A program made the translations under genes and the position numbers. DNA of 63,543 nucleotides from an uncultured Flavobacteriaceae bacterium. GTDB lineage: Bacteria; Bacteroidota; Bacteroidia; Flavobacteriales; Flavobacteriaceae. Positions within the stretch are counted from its first letter, which is position 1; every line of letters begins with the position of its first letter. The stretch spans positions 1 to 63,543 of the forward strand of contig CAZJWI010000155.1 of assembly GCA_964549485.1 (NCBI GenBank). The letters are read 5' to 3'. Below are positions 39,195 to 49,399 of the stretch, piece after piece. Under the pieces are notes generated by a model. It was not told the origin of the DNA and made no database searches. It saw only the letters and a program-made list of their open reading frames with translations.

Positions 39195-39393
39195 GTTTGC
39201 AACCAGAGTGCGGTAGTTAATACTTTTTATTTGCTATCAATTGGGTACAACGCTAAATTCCTGGTAATGATCACAATTAATCATTTGAAAAAAATATCGC
39301 AGCATTTTTAAAGAAAAAACTTCAAAAAACTGCTGTTTTTATTTTACCAATTAAAAAAACAACCTATATTTGCAACCGCTAAAAGCAAAACAC

Positions 39394-39467
39394 TCCTCCA
39401 TAGCTCAGTTGGTTAGAGCATCTGACTGTTAATCAGAGGGTCCTAAGTTCGAGTCTTAGTGGGGGAG
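39394..39467 (+). tRNA. tRNA-Asn(GTT)
   Basis: TCCTCCA/TGGGGGA acceptor, TCTGA-CT-GTT-AA-TCAGA, GTTCGAGT; TATATTTG box at 39365. Confidence 0.97.
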
Positions 39468-39477
39468 CAAGCTTAGC

Positions 39478-39508
39478 AAAAGCACTACAGCAATGTGGTG
39501 CTTTTTTT
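39478..39508 (+). terminator. Terminator after tRNA-Asn
   Basis: AAAAGCACTACA-gcaa-TGTGGTGCTTTTTTT. Confidence 0.85.
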
Positions 39509-39812
39509 ATGCATTATTTTCTCTAATAAACACAGCAGATGAATTTTGTAAAACAAAACCCATCAATGCAAACACGAATTGATGGGTTTAAAATAGACAA
39601 TGATGCTGCTACTCGAGTAGCCGAAGTTGACATCATTGCAATTACACTAGGTTAAGTACATGCATGTTGGGAATGCAAATTCCAAAAGCTAACACAGTAA
39701 CATTTTTTAGTAGGATTTAAAAAGTCTGTTGTTGTATTTTCTATCTGTAAAACAATCCTATTTCAAAAATTCCTACCTTTTGACTGCATATTTATTTAAT
39801 TTATTTTTAATC

Positions 39813-41144
39813 ATGATGGTTTTTCAGTCAAATCGCTTTACTTACAGGATACTATTGCTCACTATATTGTGCTTAAGTTCCTTTTCATGGGTAGCCTCTT
39901 CACAAACACTTTCTACAACAGAAAAAGAACTACTCCAGACTGTAGGTAACAATAATGCAGATGCTATAGCCTTCTTAGAAAAGGTAGTTAATATCAATAG
40001 TGGTACGCTAAATGTAAAAGGGGTTAAGACAGTGGGCGATGCGTTTTCTTCGGCTTTTGAAAATATAGGATTTGAAACATCATGGATTGAAATGCCTTCA
40101 GAAATGCAAAGAGCAGGACATCTCTTTGCACGAACACGTGGCGATAAAGGCAAAAGGCTTTTACTTATTGGACACCTAGACACCGTCTTTGAGGCAGATA
40201 GCGAGTTTCAAACCTTTGAAATGATTAATGATTCTATCGCTAAAGGTCCAGGCGCCAATGATATGAAAGGTGGCAATGTAGTAGTCCTTTATGCGTTAAA
40301 AGCATTGCGCGAAAATGGTTTACTAAAGGATGCTCAAATCACCGTAGCCTTCACTGGTGATGAAGAAAGCACAGGAAAACCAATCGCTATAAGTAGAAAG
40401 GATTTGATAGATGCAGCCAAAAGCTCTGATATAGCTCTAGGTTTTGAGACATCTACAGGCTTTGATAATGCTACCGTAGCTCGTAGAGGTTCTAGTAATT
40501 GGAATGTTACTGTAACTGGCAAAAGAGCGCACTCATCTGGTATATTTCGCGAAAGCGTAGGTGCTGGGGCTAATTTTGAAATGGCACGTATCCTTCATCA
40601 ATTCTACAACGAAGTGCGAGGAGACGAATTACTTAGTTTTAATCCTGGTATGCTACTAGGAGGTACTACTATGGATCTTGAGGCCGCCCAAAGCAAAGGA
40701 AGTATTTTTGGCAAAGGCAATGTTGTTGCTCAAACCGCCTATGTCCAAGGAGGGCTTCGGTTTATTTCAGAAGAACAAAAAGAAAGAGCTCGAGCAAAAA
40801 TGCGTACTATAGTAGCAAACAACTTACCGCAAACCTCGGCCAAAATTGCTTTTCAGGACAGTTATCCAGCTATGAAACCCACCCCCGAAAATTACGCCTT
40901 GTTAGAAGTACTTTCTAAAGTGAGCCAGGATTTGGGGCAACCCGAAGTAGTGGCCTATGACCCAGGCAAACGCGGCGCCGCCGATGTATCTTTCGTAGCC
41001 GAATATGTAGCTTGTCTCGATGGTCTTGGAACTATGGGTACTGGAGCGCACACGCCTAAGGAAACGGTAAACATTAATACAATAGAAATGTTAACAAAGC
41101 GTACGGCGGTCCTTATTTATCGCCTATTGCAAATGGAGCGTTAG
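39813..41144 (+). CDS. Exported M20 metallopeptidase (glutamate carboxypeptidase-like)
   Basis: GHLDTVF, GPG..DMKGG, GDEE, G..AH, DGLG..G.GAH. Confidence 0.9.
   Translation: MMVFQSNRFTYRILLLTILCLSSFSWVASSQTLSTTEKELLQTVGNNNADAIAFLEKVVNINSGTLNVKGVKTVGDAFSSAFENIGFETSWIEMPSEMQRAGHLFARTRGDKGKRLLLIGHLDTVFEADSEFQTFEMINDSIAKGPGANDMKGGNVVVLYALKALRENGLLKDAQITVAFTGDEESTGKPIAISRKDLIDAAKSSDIALGFETSTGFDNATVARRGSSNWNVTVTGKRAHSSGIFRESVGAGANFEMARILHQFYNEVRGDELLSFNPGMLLGGTTMDLEAAQSKGSIFGKGNVVAQTAYVQGGLRFISEEQKERARAKMRTIVANNLPQTSAKIAFQDSYPAMKPTPENYALLEVLSKVSQDLGQPEVVAYDPGKRGAADVSFVAEYVACLDGLGTMGTGAHTPKETVNINTIEMLTKRTAVLIYRLLQMER
40545..40556. repeat. Palindrome core TTTCGCGAAAGC (FRES)
   Basis: 12 of 14 bases match. 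Confidence 0.85.
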
Positions 41145-41539
41145 GACTGTTTCTCCCAAACTTTATCACTGTTTAAAACAAAGGTGCCCACATAATCCCA
41201 ATGACACTCGTCCGGGGCAATTAAAGACAAAAATGGATTGCCCTCAGAAGAGCGATAAAGATGATATATTTTACCTACGATAGGTTCAAAAGAAAACTTG
41301 GCAGAGTAGATGAGATTGTTATATTCGAACTGCTCCATCATTGCATCGTATTGCGCCTTTAAGGTTTCGTATTCTGTCTTAAATTGATGATTGACTTTAG
41401 AAATATTTGAATTTTTCCAAGAGGTTACATCGTCTGTTAGTATGGCGGGTGCTCCAAGATTAGTAGCATAAGGCGTGAGTGCTGCTTCGTAGCGCTCTTT
41501 TTCCTCATTGTAAACAACTTGATCTGGTTTCTTTTTCAT
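41141..41539 (-). CDS. DUF2452 family protein
   Basis: PY.T...AP.I, Y.A...FEP..G..YHLY, FLS.I.P.E. Confidence 0.8.
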   Translation of the reverse strand: MKKKPDQVVYNEEKERYEAALTPYATNLGAPAILTDDVTSWKNSNISKVNHQFKTEYETLKAQYDAMMEQFEYNNLIYSAKFSFEPIVGKIYHLYRSSEGNPFLSLIAPDECHWDYVGTFVLNSDKVWEKQS

Positions 41540-41675
41540 AATTTAAAGATACAATGCAGTCAAAAAATCAGCAGAATACAGACCTGTAAAATTTTCCCAA
41601 ATTCTCAATTGGGGCAAATGGCTGGTATTCAGTTTTGGCGAAAGCCCTATCTTTAAAATGCTAAAAACCAAACAT

Positions 41676-42866
41676 ATGGCTACTATTAGAAAGCGACCTA
41701 TCATCTTGGTGCCTGGGATTCAGGGCACCAAACTATTTAACACCAATGAAAAAGACTTTCAGGTAATCTGGAGCGGTGTCAAGAAAAATTTTAGCAATAT
41801 CACCAAGCTGGCATTACAAAGAGACGGCAGTAGCGATGCCGAAATAGAAATGATAGTAGAGCGCGCCGATGTCGAAAATCTTGCCTATTCTGAGATTGTG
41901 AACTACTTGAGAAGCTTGGGATATCGGGTGTTTATATTTGGGTACGACTGGCGCAAAAGCAATATGGAAACCGCACATAAGCTAGAGCAATACGTAAACA
42001 AGTTAAAGGATAAACTCAATATCAACAGTTTTAACTTTCTCACCCACTCTATGGGTTGTCTGGTAGTAAGCAGTTATTTTAAACTTTTGGGCAACGAAGA
42101 TAACATCAACGCTGTGGTCAATAAAGCGATCTTTAGCGTACCACCTTTTTTGGGCTCTATTGAAAGCACTTTTAATCTGGTTGCCGGCAAATCGCGATTA
42201 TTTAATAGTAGTGACGATTTTCGAAAAATTGCGCGAACCTTTCCTTCCATCTATGAGCTGCTTCCCGTCTACCCTGGCGCCTATACCTTTAAAAATACGG
42301 CTAGACAACAGCAATTTGATTATGCCAACTTTGACACTTATTGGCAACATGTGCCTAATGCTACTCGCAAAGATACCATTGCCAAACAGTCCCTTATTAG
42401 AATGCGTTTAAACCACATGGGAGCCGTAAGAGATGAGAATGATTTTATTTATGATTTCCATCAAGTAAAAAATAAGGAGTTAAAAGATAAATTACTCGTG
42501 ATTGTCGGAACAGGAGAGCCCACCCGGGTCAATATTGTAATTAAAGATAAAGTAGATCACGTGGTCAACTTTTTTGACTTTGATCACCCACAGGCAGAGG
42601 GAGATGGCGATGGTACGGTACCCCATGCTAGCGGTATTGCTTTTAAAGACAGTATCCTTACGCTCAAGGTCAAAAGTAGAAAATTGGAAACATGGGCCGA
42701 TGGACGTTTTTTAATGACAGACTGGCACGCCTTTTTTCTAAACAACGGGCGCGTTCAAAATGTGATCACTCGGTTTTTTAAGCCACGGGCAGTACAAGAA
42801 ATTCAAGGTCTAAACCAACGGGAATGGTATCACTCCATAGGCAGTCGCATAGCCAAAGTCAACTAA
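41676..42866 (+). CDS. LCAT/PGAP1-like alpha/beta hydrolase (lipase/acyltransferase)
   Basis: PIILVPGIQGTKL, YDWR, THSMG nucleophile, PFLGS, YELLP, GDGTVP. Confidence 0.85.
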   Translation: MATIRKRPIILVPGIQGTKLFNTNEKDFQVIWSGVKKNFSNITKLALQRDGSSDAEIEMIVERADVENLAYSEIVNYLRSLGYRVFIFGYDWRKSNMETAHKLEQYVNKLKDKLNINSFNFLTHSMGCLVVSSYFKLLGNEDNINAVVNKAIFSVPPFLGSIESTFNLVAGKSRLFNSSDDFRKIARTFPSIYELLPVYPGAYTFKNTARQQQFDYANFDTYWQHVPNATRKDTIAKQSLIRMRLNHMGAVRDENDFIYDFHQVKNKELKDKLLVIVGTGEPTRVNIVIKDKVDHVVNFFDFDHPQAEGDGDGTVPHASGIAFKDSILTLKVKSRKLETWADGRFLMTDWHAFFLNNGRVQNVITRFFKPRAVQEIQGLNQREWYHSIGSRIAKVN

Positions 42867-42881
42867 ATTAAACAACAAAAA

Positions 42882-43265
42882 ATGAGTTCTTATAAAACCG
42901 ATCAGAGCAATAAACAGATAAAAGTAACCATTTGGGTAATTAGTCCGGGTGACGCAGCAAGCCTGGTTTTTGTAGATGGAGTACAAACCTTAGAATCTCC
43001 AGCTAATTTTGGCGGTAATATTCCACCTTCCAAAGTAGGGATCAATAAATTGCTAAAAGGATCGGTGTTAGAGCTAACAACCGCCATAGACCTTACCACG
43101 ATACTTCCAGAAAATCGAAAACAGGCCATAGATATGATTAGGGTGACCTATGCTATTGAGGGTGGGCCAGAGGGAAAGAAACTACTTGCCTCCAATAAAT
43201 CCAACTGGTTTGTTATTGGAGATCATGAAAACATCTTTATTAAAAAACCCATTCGCATGTTATGA
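42882..43265 (+). CDS. Hypothetical protein
   Basis: 127-aa ORF 15 bp after the hydrolase, overlapping the next start (ATGA). Confidence 0.7.
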   Translation: MSSYKTDQSNKQIKVTIWVISPGDAASLVFVDGVQTLESPANFGGNIPPSKVGINKLLKGSVLELTTAIDLTTILPENRKQAIDMIRVTYAIEGGPEGKKLLASNKSNWFVIGDHENIFIKKPIRML

Positions 43266-44359
43266 AAAATGCTTTCTTACTCCTATTAGTCTTATTCTCT
43301 TTTATAGCTGTTCAAGGACAAAATCCCATCACTTTCGACAGGGCTTCCATTCCTAATGCTCCTGCCTTTGTACTTCTGGACAAGGCACCTTCTATCATTG
43401 AGCGTCCAGATTCGCCCAAGGCTTTTGGCATTCAATTATTACAAGACTTTGAGGATGGTGTGCTTGATAATATTGCCTTAGAATTCACGCCTTTTTGGTA
43501 TACCAAACCAAAAGCCTTAACCGCCTTAAAAATGAGAGGTATAGAAAGAATAGAACAGGCAGCAGGAGTATACTACAACAAACAGAATTATTTTTCTGGG
43601 CTTCGATTTGCAAATATTTCGGTGGCCTATAGCTCGGGCATGGATTCGATCCAAAATATTGCCATTGGGGCGAGAGCCACCATTTTTGAGTACAAGCATC
43701 CCGAAGATATCAAAAGATTGATCGATGCCAATGCCTACAATGAATGCATACTTAAAGAAAAACTCCTTCTGTTTAATGAGTTCATGGCGCTCCCTGGCAA
43801 AAGTGAACTTGCCACCTCAAATAAACCACAATTTGAAAAAGAATTACAAGCCTATATTGAGGCCAAAAATCTCTCAAGCGCAAAAGAAGTATATGATGCA
43901 CTAGCTATCAAACCCGTTTTTGCCCTTGACGGTGCTATTGCCTATAATGCCCAATATATCAATGACCGTTACCAAAGTGCTGCAAATAATCGATTTGGTG
44001 TATGGTTGACCGCAGCTTATGCCCAACCCATGGGTCGAGGAAATTATGGAGCCAACTATATAAATATTTACGGGTTTTTTAGATACTTAAATGACGAGAT
44101 CAACACTACTACCTTTAATGCAGTTGATGTAGGACTAAAGGCCGAGTTGGAGTTTGACCGATTGTCTTTTGGTTACGAATACATCTCTAGAAGTGGTGAT
44201 CTTGATAGTTTCCGTTCTTCGGGAAGTTTATTATACAAACTCACTCCCAATCTCTACCTCAGCGGGGCTTTTGGAAATAATTTTGGAAATACCAACGATT
44301 TAATATCCCTACTGGGTATTAGATGGGGGTTAAACAATAAAGCGAAAACTTTAAATTAA
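43262..44359 (+). CDS. Hypothetical exported, probably outer-membrane protein
   Basis: Signal peptide; APAF.LL...P..IERP..PK; amphipathic beta-strand-rich C-terminal half. Confidence 0.72.
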   Translation: MKNAFLLLLVLFSFIAVQGQNPITFDRASIPNAPAFVLLDKAPSIIERPDSPKAFGIQLLQDFEDGVLDNIALEFTPFWYTKPKALTALKMRGIERIEQAAGVYYNKQNYFSGLRFANISVAYSSGMDSIQNIAIGARATIFEYKHPEDIKRLIDANAYNECILKEKLLLFNEFMALPGKSELATSNKPQFEKELQAYIEAKNLSSAKEVYDALAIKPVFALDGAIAYNAQYINDRYQSAANNRFGVWLTAAYAQPMGRGNYGANYINIYGFFRYLNDEINTTTFNAVDVGLKAELEFDRLSFGYEYISRSGDLDSFRSSGSLLYKLTPNLYLSGAFGNNFGNTNDLISLLGIRWGLNNKAKTLN

Positions 44360-45309
44360 TCGGAGTACTTGGGCTTGAGATTTTTGAGCATAATTTCAGT
44401 CATGGCATCAAGATCATACTCATGCTGCCATCCCCAGTCATTTCTCGCATGGCTATCATCGATTGATTGTGGCCAAGTATCAGCGATGGCCTGTCTAAAA
44501 TCGGGCTCATAACTGATTTCAAAGTCTGGAATATGTTTGCGTATACTCGCCGCTATTTCTTCTGGTTCAAAACTCACGCCAGCCAGGTTGTAAGCCGATC
44601 GTATTTTAACGTCTTCACTAGGCGCGTCCATGATACCGATAGTGGCGCGAATGGCATCATCCATATACATCATAGGCAGGGTTGTGCCTGCTTTTAGAAA
44701 ACAACGGTATTGCCCGTGCTTTAAGGCCCGATGATAAATGTCTACTGCATAATCGGTGGTGCCTCCTCCAGGTTCGGTAGTGTAACTTATAAGACCAGGA
44801 TATCTAATACTGCGCACATCTACTCCAAATTTATCGTGATAATATTGGCACCATCGCTCTCCCGTCTGTTTTGAAATTCCGTAAACGGTAGAAGGCTCCA
44901 TGATAGTGGTTTGAGGTGTCATCACCGCTGGGGTCGTTGCTCCAAATACGGCTATACTTGATGGCCAAAAGACTTTTTTAATTTTTTGCTCTTTTGCCAA
45001 ATCGAGCACATGAAATAAGGAGGTCATGTTCAAGTGCCACGCCTTAGCGGGAAAACGTTCGGCGATAGCACTTAGCATAGCAGCCATGAGATATACTGTA
45101 TCTACTTTATAGCGAAAAATTAAATCTTCTACGGCCTCCAAATCTGTGGCATCAAGCAACTCAAAATGTCCAGAATTCATCAAAGCCTCATTGGCTTCGC
45201 GTATATCACTGGCTACCACTTTATCACTTCCAAATCGTTGGCGCAGTTTAAAGGTAAGTTCGGTTCCAATTTGCCCACAGGCGCCAATGATTAATATTCT
45301 TGATTTCAT
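44356..45309 (-). CDS. ltd: L-threonine 3-dehydrogenase (SDR/epimerase type)
   Basis: GACGQIG, PSSIAVFG, YGISK, PGGGTTDYAV, RQAIAD.WP; start at MKSRIL. Confidence 0.9.
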   Translation of the reverse strand: MKSRILIIGACGQIGTELTFKLRQRFGSDKVVASDIREANEALMNSGHFELLDATDLEAVEDLIFRYKVDTVYLMAAMLSAIAERFPAKAWHLNMTSLFHVLDLAKEQKIKKVFWPSSIAVFGATTPAVMTPQTTIMEPSTVYGISKQTGERWCQYYHDKFGVDVRSIRYPGLISYTTEPGGGTTDYAVDIYHRALKHGQYRCFLKAGTTLPMMYMDDAIRATIGIMDAPSEDVKIRSAYNLAGVSFEPEEIAASIRKHIPDFEISYEPDFRQAIADTWPQSIDDSHARNDWGWQHEYDLDAMTEIMLKNLKPKYSD

Positions 45310-45502
45310 ATTGTTATTGTCTATATAATATTTCGCTATAAGCGAAAACAAAACGCTACTCCTTATTCCCTTATTAAGATACCTAAATGAGTAAATAAGT
45401 ATGATTGATTCTAAGAAAAAATCAGGAGGATACAAACATAATCATAAAAGATTTTTAAGTCGTAGGATTTCTACTACTTTTGTTTGAGGTTATCTGATCA
45501 TT

Positions 45503-46132
45503 ATGAAATTAGCATTGCGCATTTTTATTATCGTTCTATTTGGAAGTCTTCTTATGAATTGTAAAGAAGAACCTGCAAATGTGGCTATTATCGAACCTAC
45601 CACTGTTGCCATAGACACCATAACTCTGCGCGCTACTCAAGGCCTCAAACCTGAACTAGATTTGACTCCAGCCGCTAGAGAAGCTGTGAAAGATTGGAAT
45701 ATGTATTCGGCACTTGAAAAGATGATGGCCGAATATAAGGCCATAACCTATGTCAATCTCAAAACACGTGTAACTCAAGGAGTGCAGCTCTTTGTACAAC
45801 AAGAACAAGCCGAAGAAGCTGCTGTAAAAATGGTGCCAGACCACATTGACACCCCAGCGATTGCGGCACGACTCTTAGTCATAGAAACACGCCTGCGTGT
45901 ATTGGAAAACCTAACTCAAAAATACGAACCCAATTTGGATCGTATTACCTCAGAAATGGTAGCCATACAAAATGCCTTTCAAGAACTCAATCTTCAGATC
46001 AATGAACGCTTTGCCAAAAGCGTCGAAGAGCTTTTGGACGAATTGAGAAAATCTCAAGAAGAGGAAAGAGAAAATACACCCCAACTCAACCCTCAGGGCA
46101 GACCTCCATTATCGATATCCGAACAATTCTAG
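45503..46132 (+). CDS. Hypothetical lipoprotein
   Basis: Lipobox-like LMNC, helical/coiled-coil content. Confidence 0.72.
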   Translation: MKLALRIFIIVLFGSLLMNCKEEPANVAIIEPTTVAIDTITLRATQGLKPELDLTPAAREAVKDWNMYSALEKMMAEYKAITYVNLKTRVTQGVQLFVQQEQAEEAAVKMVPDHIDTPAIAARLLVIETRLRVLENLTQKYEPNLDRITSEMVAIQNAFQELNLQINERFAKSVEELLDELRKSQEEERENTPQLNPQGRPPLSISEQF

Positions 46133-46160
46133 TTTTGTATCTTTAAGCAAAATTGATCTC

Positions 46161-46670
46161 ATGCGTATTTTTTTCTTGGCTTACTTTTTTGTTAGTATCT
46201 CTTTTTTGGCCTATGGCCAAAGCACAACGGCCAATACTACGGCCAAAACAGCGATTGATCAAACTCTTGAGGCCTGGCATAAGGCTGCTGCCGATGCCAA
46301 CTTTGACGCCTATTTTGATAAGATGACCTTAGATGCGGTTTTTATTGGTACAGATGCTACAGAGAATTGGCAGAACGACGCCTTTCGCAAATTTTCAAAA
46401 CCCTATTTTGACAGAGGCAAAGCCTGGTCCTTTACTACTCTAGAACGAAACATTTACATCTCTGAAGATGGGCAATATGCCTGGTTTGATGAGCACTTAG
46501 ACACCCAAATGGGCATATGTCGTGGGTCGGGTATTTTGGTGAATGAAAATGGTTTATGGAAAATTAAACATTACGTACTTTCTATAGCTATTCCCAACGA
46601 AAACGTCAAAGATGTCACAGCGCTTAAAGCGAAATGGGATGCTGCCCAAATGAAGAAAATGCGACAGTAA
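46161..46670 (+). CDS. SnoaL/NTF2-like exported protein
   Basis: WH.AAA, FIGTDATE.W, AWFDE.L.T, RGSG, HY.LS. Confidence 0.85.
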   Translation: MRIFFLAYFFVSISFLAYGQSTTANTTAKTAIDQTLEAWHKAAADANFDAYFDKMTLDAVFIGTDATENWQNDAFRKFSKPYFDRGKAWSFTTLERNIYISEDGQYAWFDEHLDTQMGICRGSGILVNENGLWKIKHYVLSIAIPNENVKDVTALKAKWDAAQMKKMRQ

Positions 46671-46817
46671 ATCTAGATTTCACTATTCATAGCAGTCAGG
46701 ACCCAGAGCTAAGAAATCTGCAATTTTCTAAGCCTAATCGTACACTTTTCTCAACTTTTTTGCGCATCTATTACTTCATGTCTTATATTTGCCTTTCTAT
46801 TTTATAAATCCTACACT

Positions 46818-49316
46818 ATGAACAAATTACACCTCTTCTTATTGGTTGGTCTTATGACTGCGATGTCTTACGCCCAGATTGGATCACAGGCTCCATGGAT
46901 GGAAGCCTTTAGTGATAATCCAAAAAGTGCAAAGTTTCAAGATATTCAGACCGCCTTTCAAGCCTATTGGGAATCAAGAGACGAAACAAAAAAAGGTAGT
47001 GGATTCAAGCCATTTAAACGCTGGGAGTCACTACAGAAAGACTTTTTAAACCCAGACGGGACTGTGATGACCGCTGCACAGCATGTTGCGGCTTGGCGTC
47101 AAAAAAACGAGATGCGCGCTTCGCAAACCGTACTGAGCGATTGGATCACCGTAGGACCGTTTAGTCATTTGGAGACTGGCTCTTGGTCTCCTGGTCAGGG
47201 AAGAATTAATGCCTTGGCTGTAGATCCAAACAACAGCGATGTGTACTATGTGGGTGCTCCAGCAGGTGGACTTTGGAAGTCTGAAGATGCAGGAGTGACC
47301 TGGGAAATTCTCACCGATGACCTTCCACAATTAGGAGTGTCTGCTATAGCCATAGACCCCGCAGATTCTAATATCATTTACATAGGAACTGGAGACGATG
47401 ATGCTGGTGATTCTATGGGAATAGGGCTGTTAAAATCAACCGATGGTGGCGCCACTTGGAATTTTACAGATTTAGACGAAAACAATTCGCCTTCTTCCTT
47501 TAACGAAATATTTATTCACCCTTCAGACAGCGATATTATCTGGACTTCAACAGCATCAGGTGTTTACAAAACAACGGATGCGGGAGATACCTGGATAAGA
47601 ACACGTACTGGAAATATCAGAGATATGCGATTAAAGCCAGATAATCCAGATGTTATTTATGCTGCCTCGTCTACGCTTATCTACAAATCTGAAGACGGAG
47701 GTGAAACTTGGACTATAAAGAATAATGGAACACCTACAGGTACTTCGAGACTGGCGATAGATGTCACTCCGGCTAACCCCGAAGTCCTTTATATTTTTGC
47801 GGCCGATAATAATAATAACTTTGACGGTATTTACAAATCAGAAGATGCTGGCGAGACTTTTGTATATACTTCGGCAGGAGCACCAGATGTTTTTGATGGA
47901 GCTTCTCAATCGTGGTATGATTTTGCCTTTGCCGTTTCTGATGTTGATGAAAACGAAATATACACCGGAGTATTAAATGTATGGCGTTCTACCAATAGTG
48001 GGGCCTCATTTAGCCGCTTAAATAGCTGGAGTAATCCAAGTCAACCTTCCTATACCCATGCCGATATTCACAATCTAAGATTTTTAGATGGCAAGCTATT
48101 TTGTGGTAGTGATGGAGGTGTATACGTCTCTGAGGATCGCGGTAACAGTTTTGAAGACCTTACTGAAGGATTAGTCATTGGTCAATTTTATAGAATTGCA
48201 GTTGCTTCTCAAGATTCAGAATTAATGGCTGGTGGGCTTCAAGATAATGGTGGATACGGGCGTACCAATGAAACATGGCATTGTTATTACGGTGCCGACG
48301 GTATGGAGATAGCGATAGACCCAAATGATCCTAATAATATTTATGGCCTGATCCAATTTGGTGGTGGTCCTTATGTTTCAAATAATGGGGGTGTCAACTT
48401 GGCTACAGGAGGTTTTCCTAGCGCACCAGACAATGGGAATTGGATTACACCTTTAGAATTTACTGCAGATAGCCGCTTGCTAGCAGCATATACGCGCATT
48501 TACGAATTTAATCCAGCCAATGCGAGTTGGAATGTGGTTTCTTCACAACTTTCTGACCGTGTCGATTATATGACTCCAGATCCTAATGATGCAAGCCGAT
48601 TATTTATTGCGATAAACCGTCAACTCAGAATGAGTATCGATGGAGGAGCAAGCTTTTTCAACTTATCGACTTTACCTTCAAACATTACCTGGATTGATGT
48701 AGATAGTGATGAAGATGATCTTATTTATATAACAACTGCTGGAAGCAACGGACGTGTTTATAGAGGAGAAATAACAGGTACCACTATAGATCTAGTTGAC
48801 ATTACCTTAAACCTTCCTAGTATTCCAAAAACAGTAATCAAGCATCAGGCAGACCACCCAGACAACCCTTTATATTTGGGGACGAGTTTGGGAGTATGGC
48901 GCTATGACGAAGATGCAAATCAATGGGCTGCTTTTGACAATAATTTACCTAGCGTTGTGGTCAGAGATATAGATATTAATCTTGAAGATGAGATTATTAC
49001 AGCAGCTACTTATGGTAGAGGTATATGGCAAAGTCCTTTAGAGGCAGAGCCTTTAAGTGTAGAAAGCTTTAGTGTTTCAGATCTCAAGGTAGGACCTAAC
49101 CCATCTAATGGTATTTTTGAGATGCGTTGGAATGGTGGTAGCGCAACTGCTATCAACGTTTATGATCTCACAGGTAAACTAATTTATACAGCAAACGATA
49201 TTGCCGCAGGCACTACTCAATATGCTATTGATCTTTCGGGCTACGCCACCGGAATGTATATTCTTAAGGCTTCCATAGAGGGCACGACGGTCACCAAAAA
49301 ATTATTGATTAAGTAA
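46818..49316 (+). CDS. BNR/Asp-box beta-propeller protein with T9SS C-terminal domain
   Basis: Repeated S.D.G.TW, HAD.H, QFY, G.QDNG, ATYGRG.W; C-terminal PNPS...G.Y...KKLLIK. Confidence 0.88.
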   Translation: MNKLHLFLLVGLMTAMSYAQIGSQAPWMEAFSDNPKSAKFQDIQTAFQAYWESRDETKKGSGFKPFKRWESLQKDFLNPDGTVMTAAQHVAAWRQKNEMRASQTVLSDWITVGPFSHLETGSWSPGQGRINALAVDPNNSDVYYVGAPAGGLWKSEDAGVTWEILTDDLPQLGVSAIAIDPADSNIIYIGTGDDDAGDSMGIGLLKSTDGGATWNFTDLDENNSPSSFNEIFIHPSDSDIIWTSTASGVYKTTDAGDTWIRTRTGNIRDMRLKPDNPDVIYAASSTLIYKSEDGGETWTIKNNGTPTGTSRLAIDVTPANPEVLYIFAADNNNNFDGIYKSEDAGETFVYTSAGAPDVFDGASQSWYDFAFAVSDVDENEIYTGVLNVWRSTNSGASFSRLNSWSNPSQPSYTHADIHNLRFLDGKLFCGSDGGVYVSEDRGNSFEDLTEGLVIGQFYRIAVASQDSELMAGGLQDNGGYGRTNETWHCYYGADGMEIAIDPNDPNNIYGLIQFGGGPYVSNNGGVNLATGGFPSAPDNGNWITPLEFTADSRLLAAYTRIYEFNPANASWNVVSSQLSDRVDYMTPDPNDASRLFIAINRQLRMSIDGGASFFNLSTLPSNITWIDVDSDEDDLIYITTAGSNGRVYRGEITGTTIDLVDITLNLPSIPKTVIKHQADHPDNPLYLGTSLGVWRYDEDANQWAAFDNNLPSVVVRDIDINLEDEIITAATYGRGIWQSPLEAEPLSVESFSVSDLKVGPNPSNGIFEMRWNGGSATAINVYDLTGKLIYTANDIAAGTTQYAIDLSGYATGMYILKASIEGTTVTKKLLIK

Positions 49317-49322
49317 TTAAAT

Positions 49323-49349
49323 AAAAGCCTTCTCACGAAGGCTTTTTTT
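49323..49349 (+). terminator. Intrinsic terminator
   Basis: AAAAGCCTTC-tcac-GAAGGCTTTTTTT. Confidence 0.85.
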
Positions 49350-49399
49350 ATTTTCTTTGAGTAGTAAAATACTACCGATGGTGCCCTGATCTCGTTGCT

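Noticed and set aside
39072-39311. 79-aa ORF between tRNAs
   Set aside because: Starts inside one terminator and crosses another
38980-44359. tRNA-anchored genomic island
   Set aside because: No integrase and no duplicated tRNA 3' end found in the window
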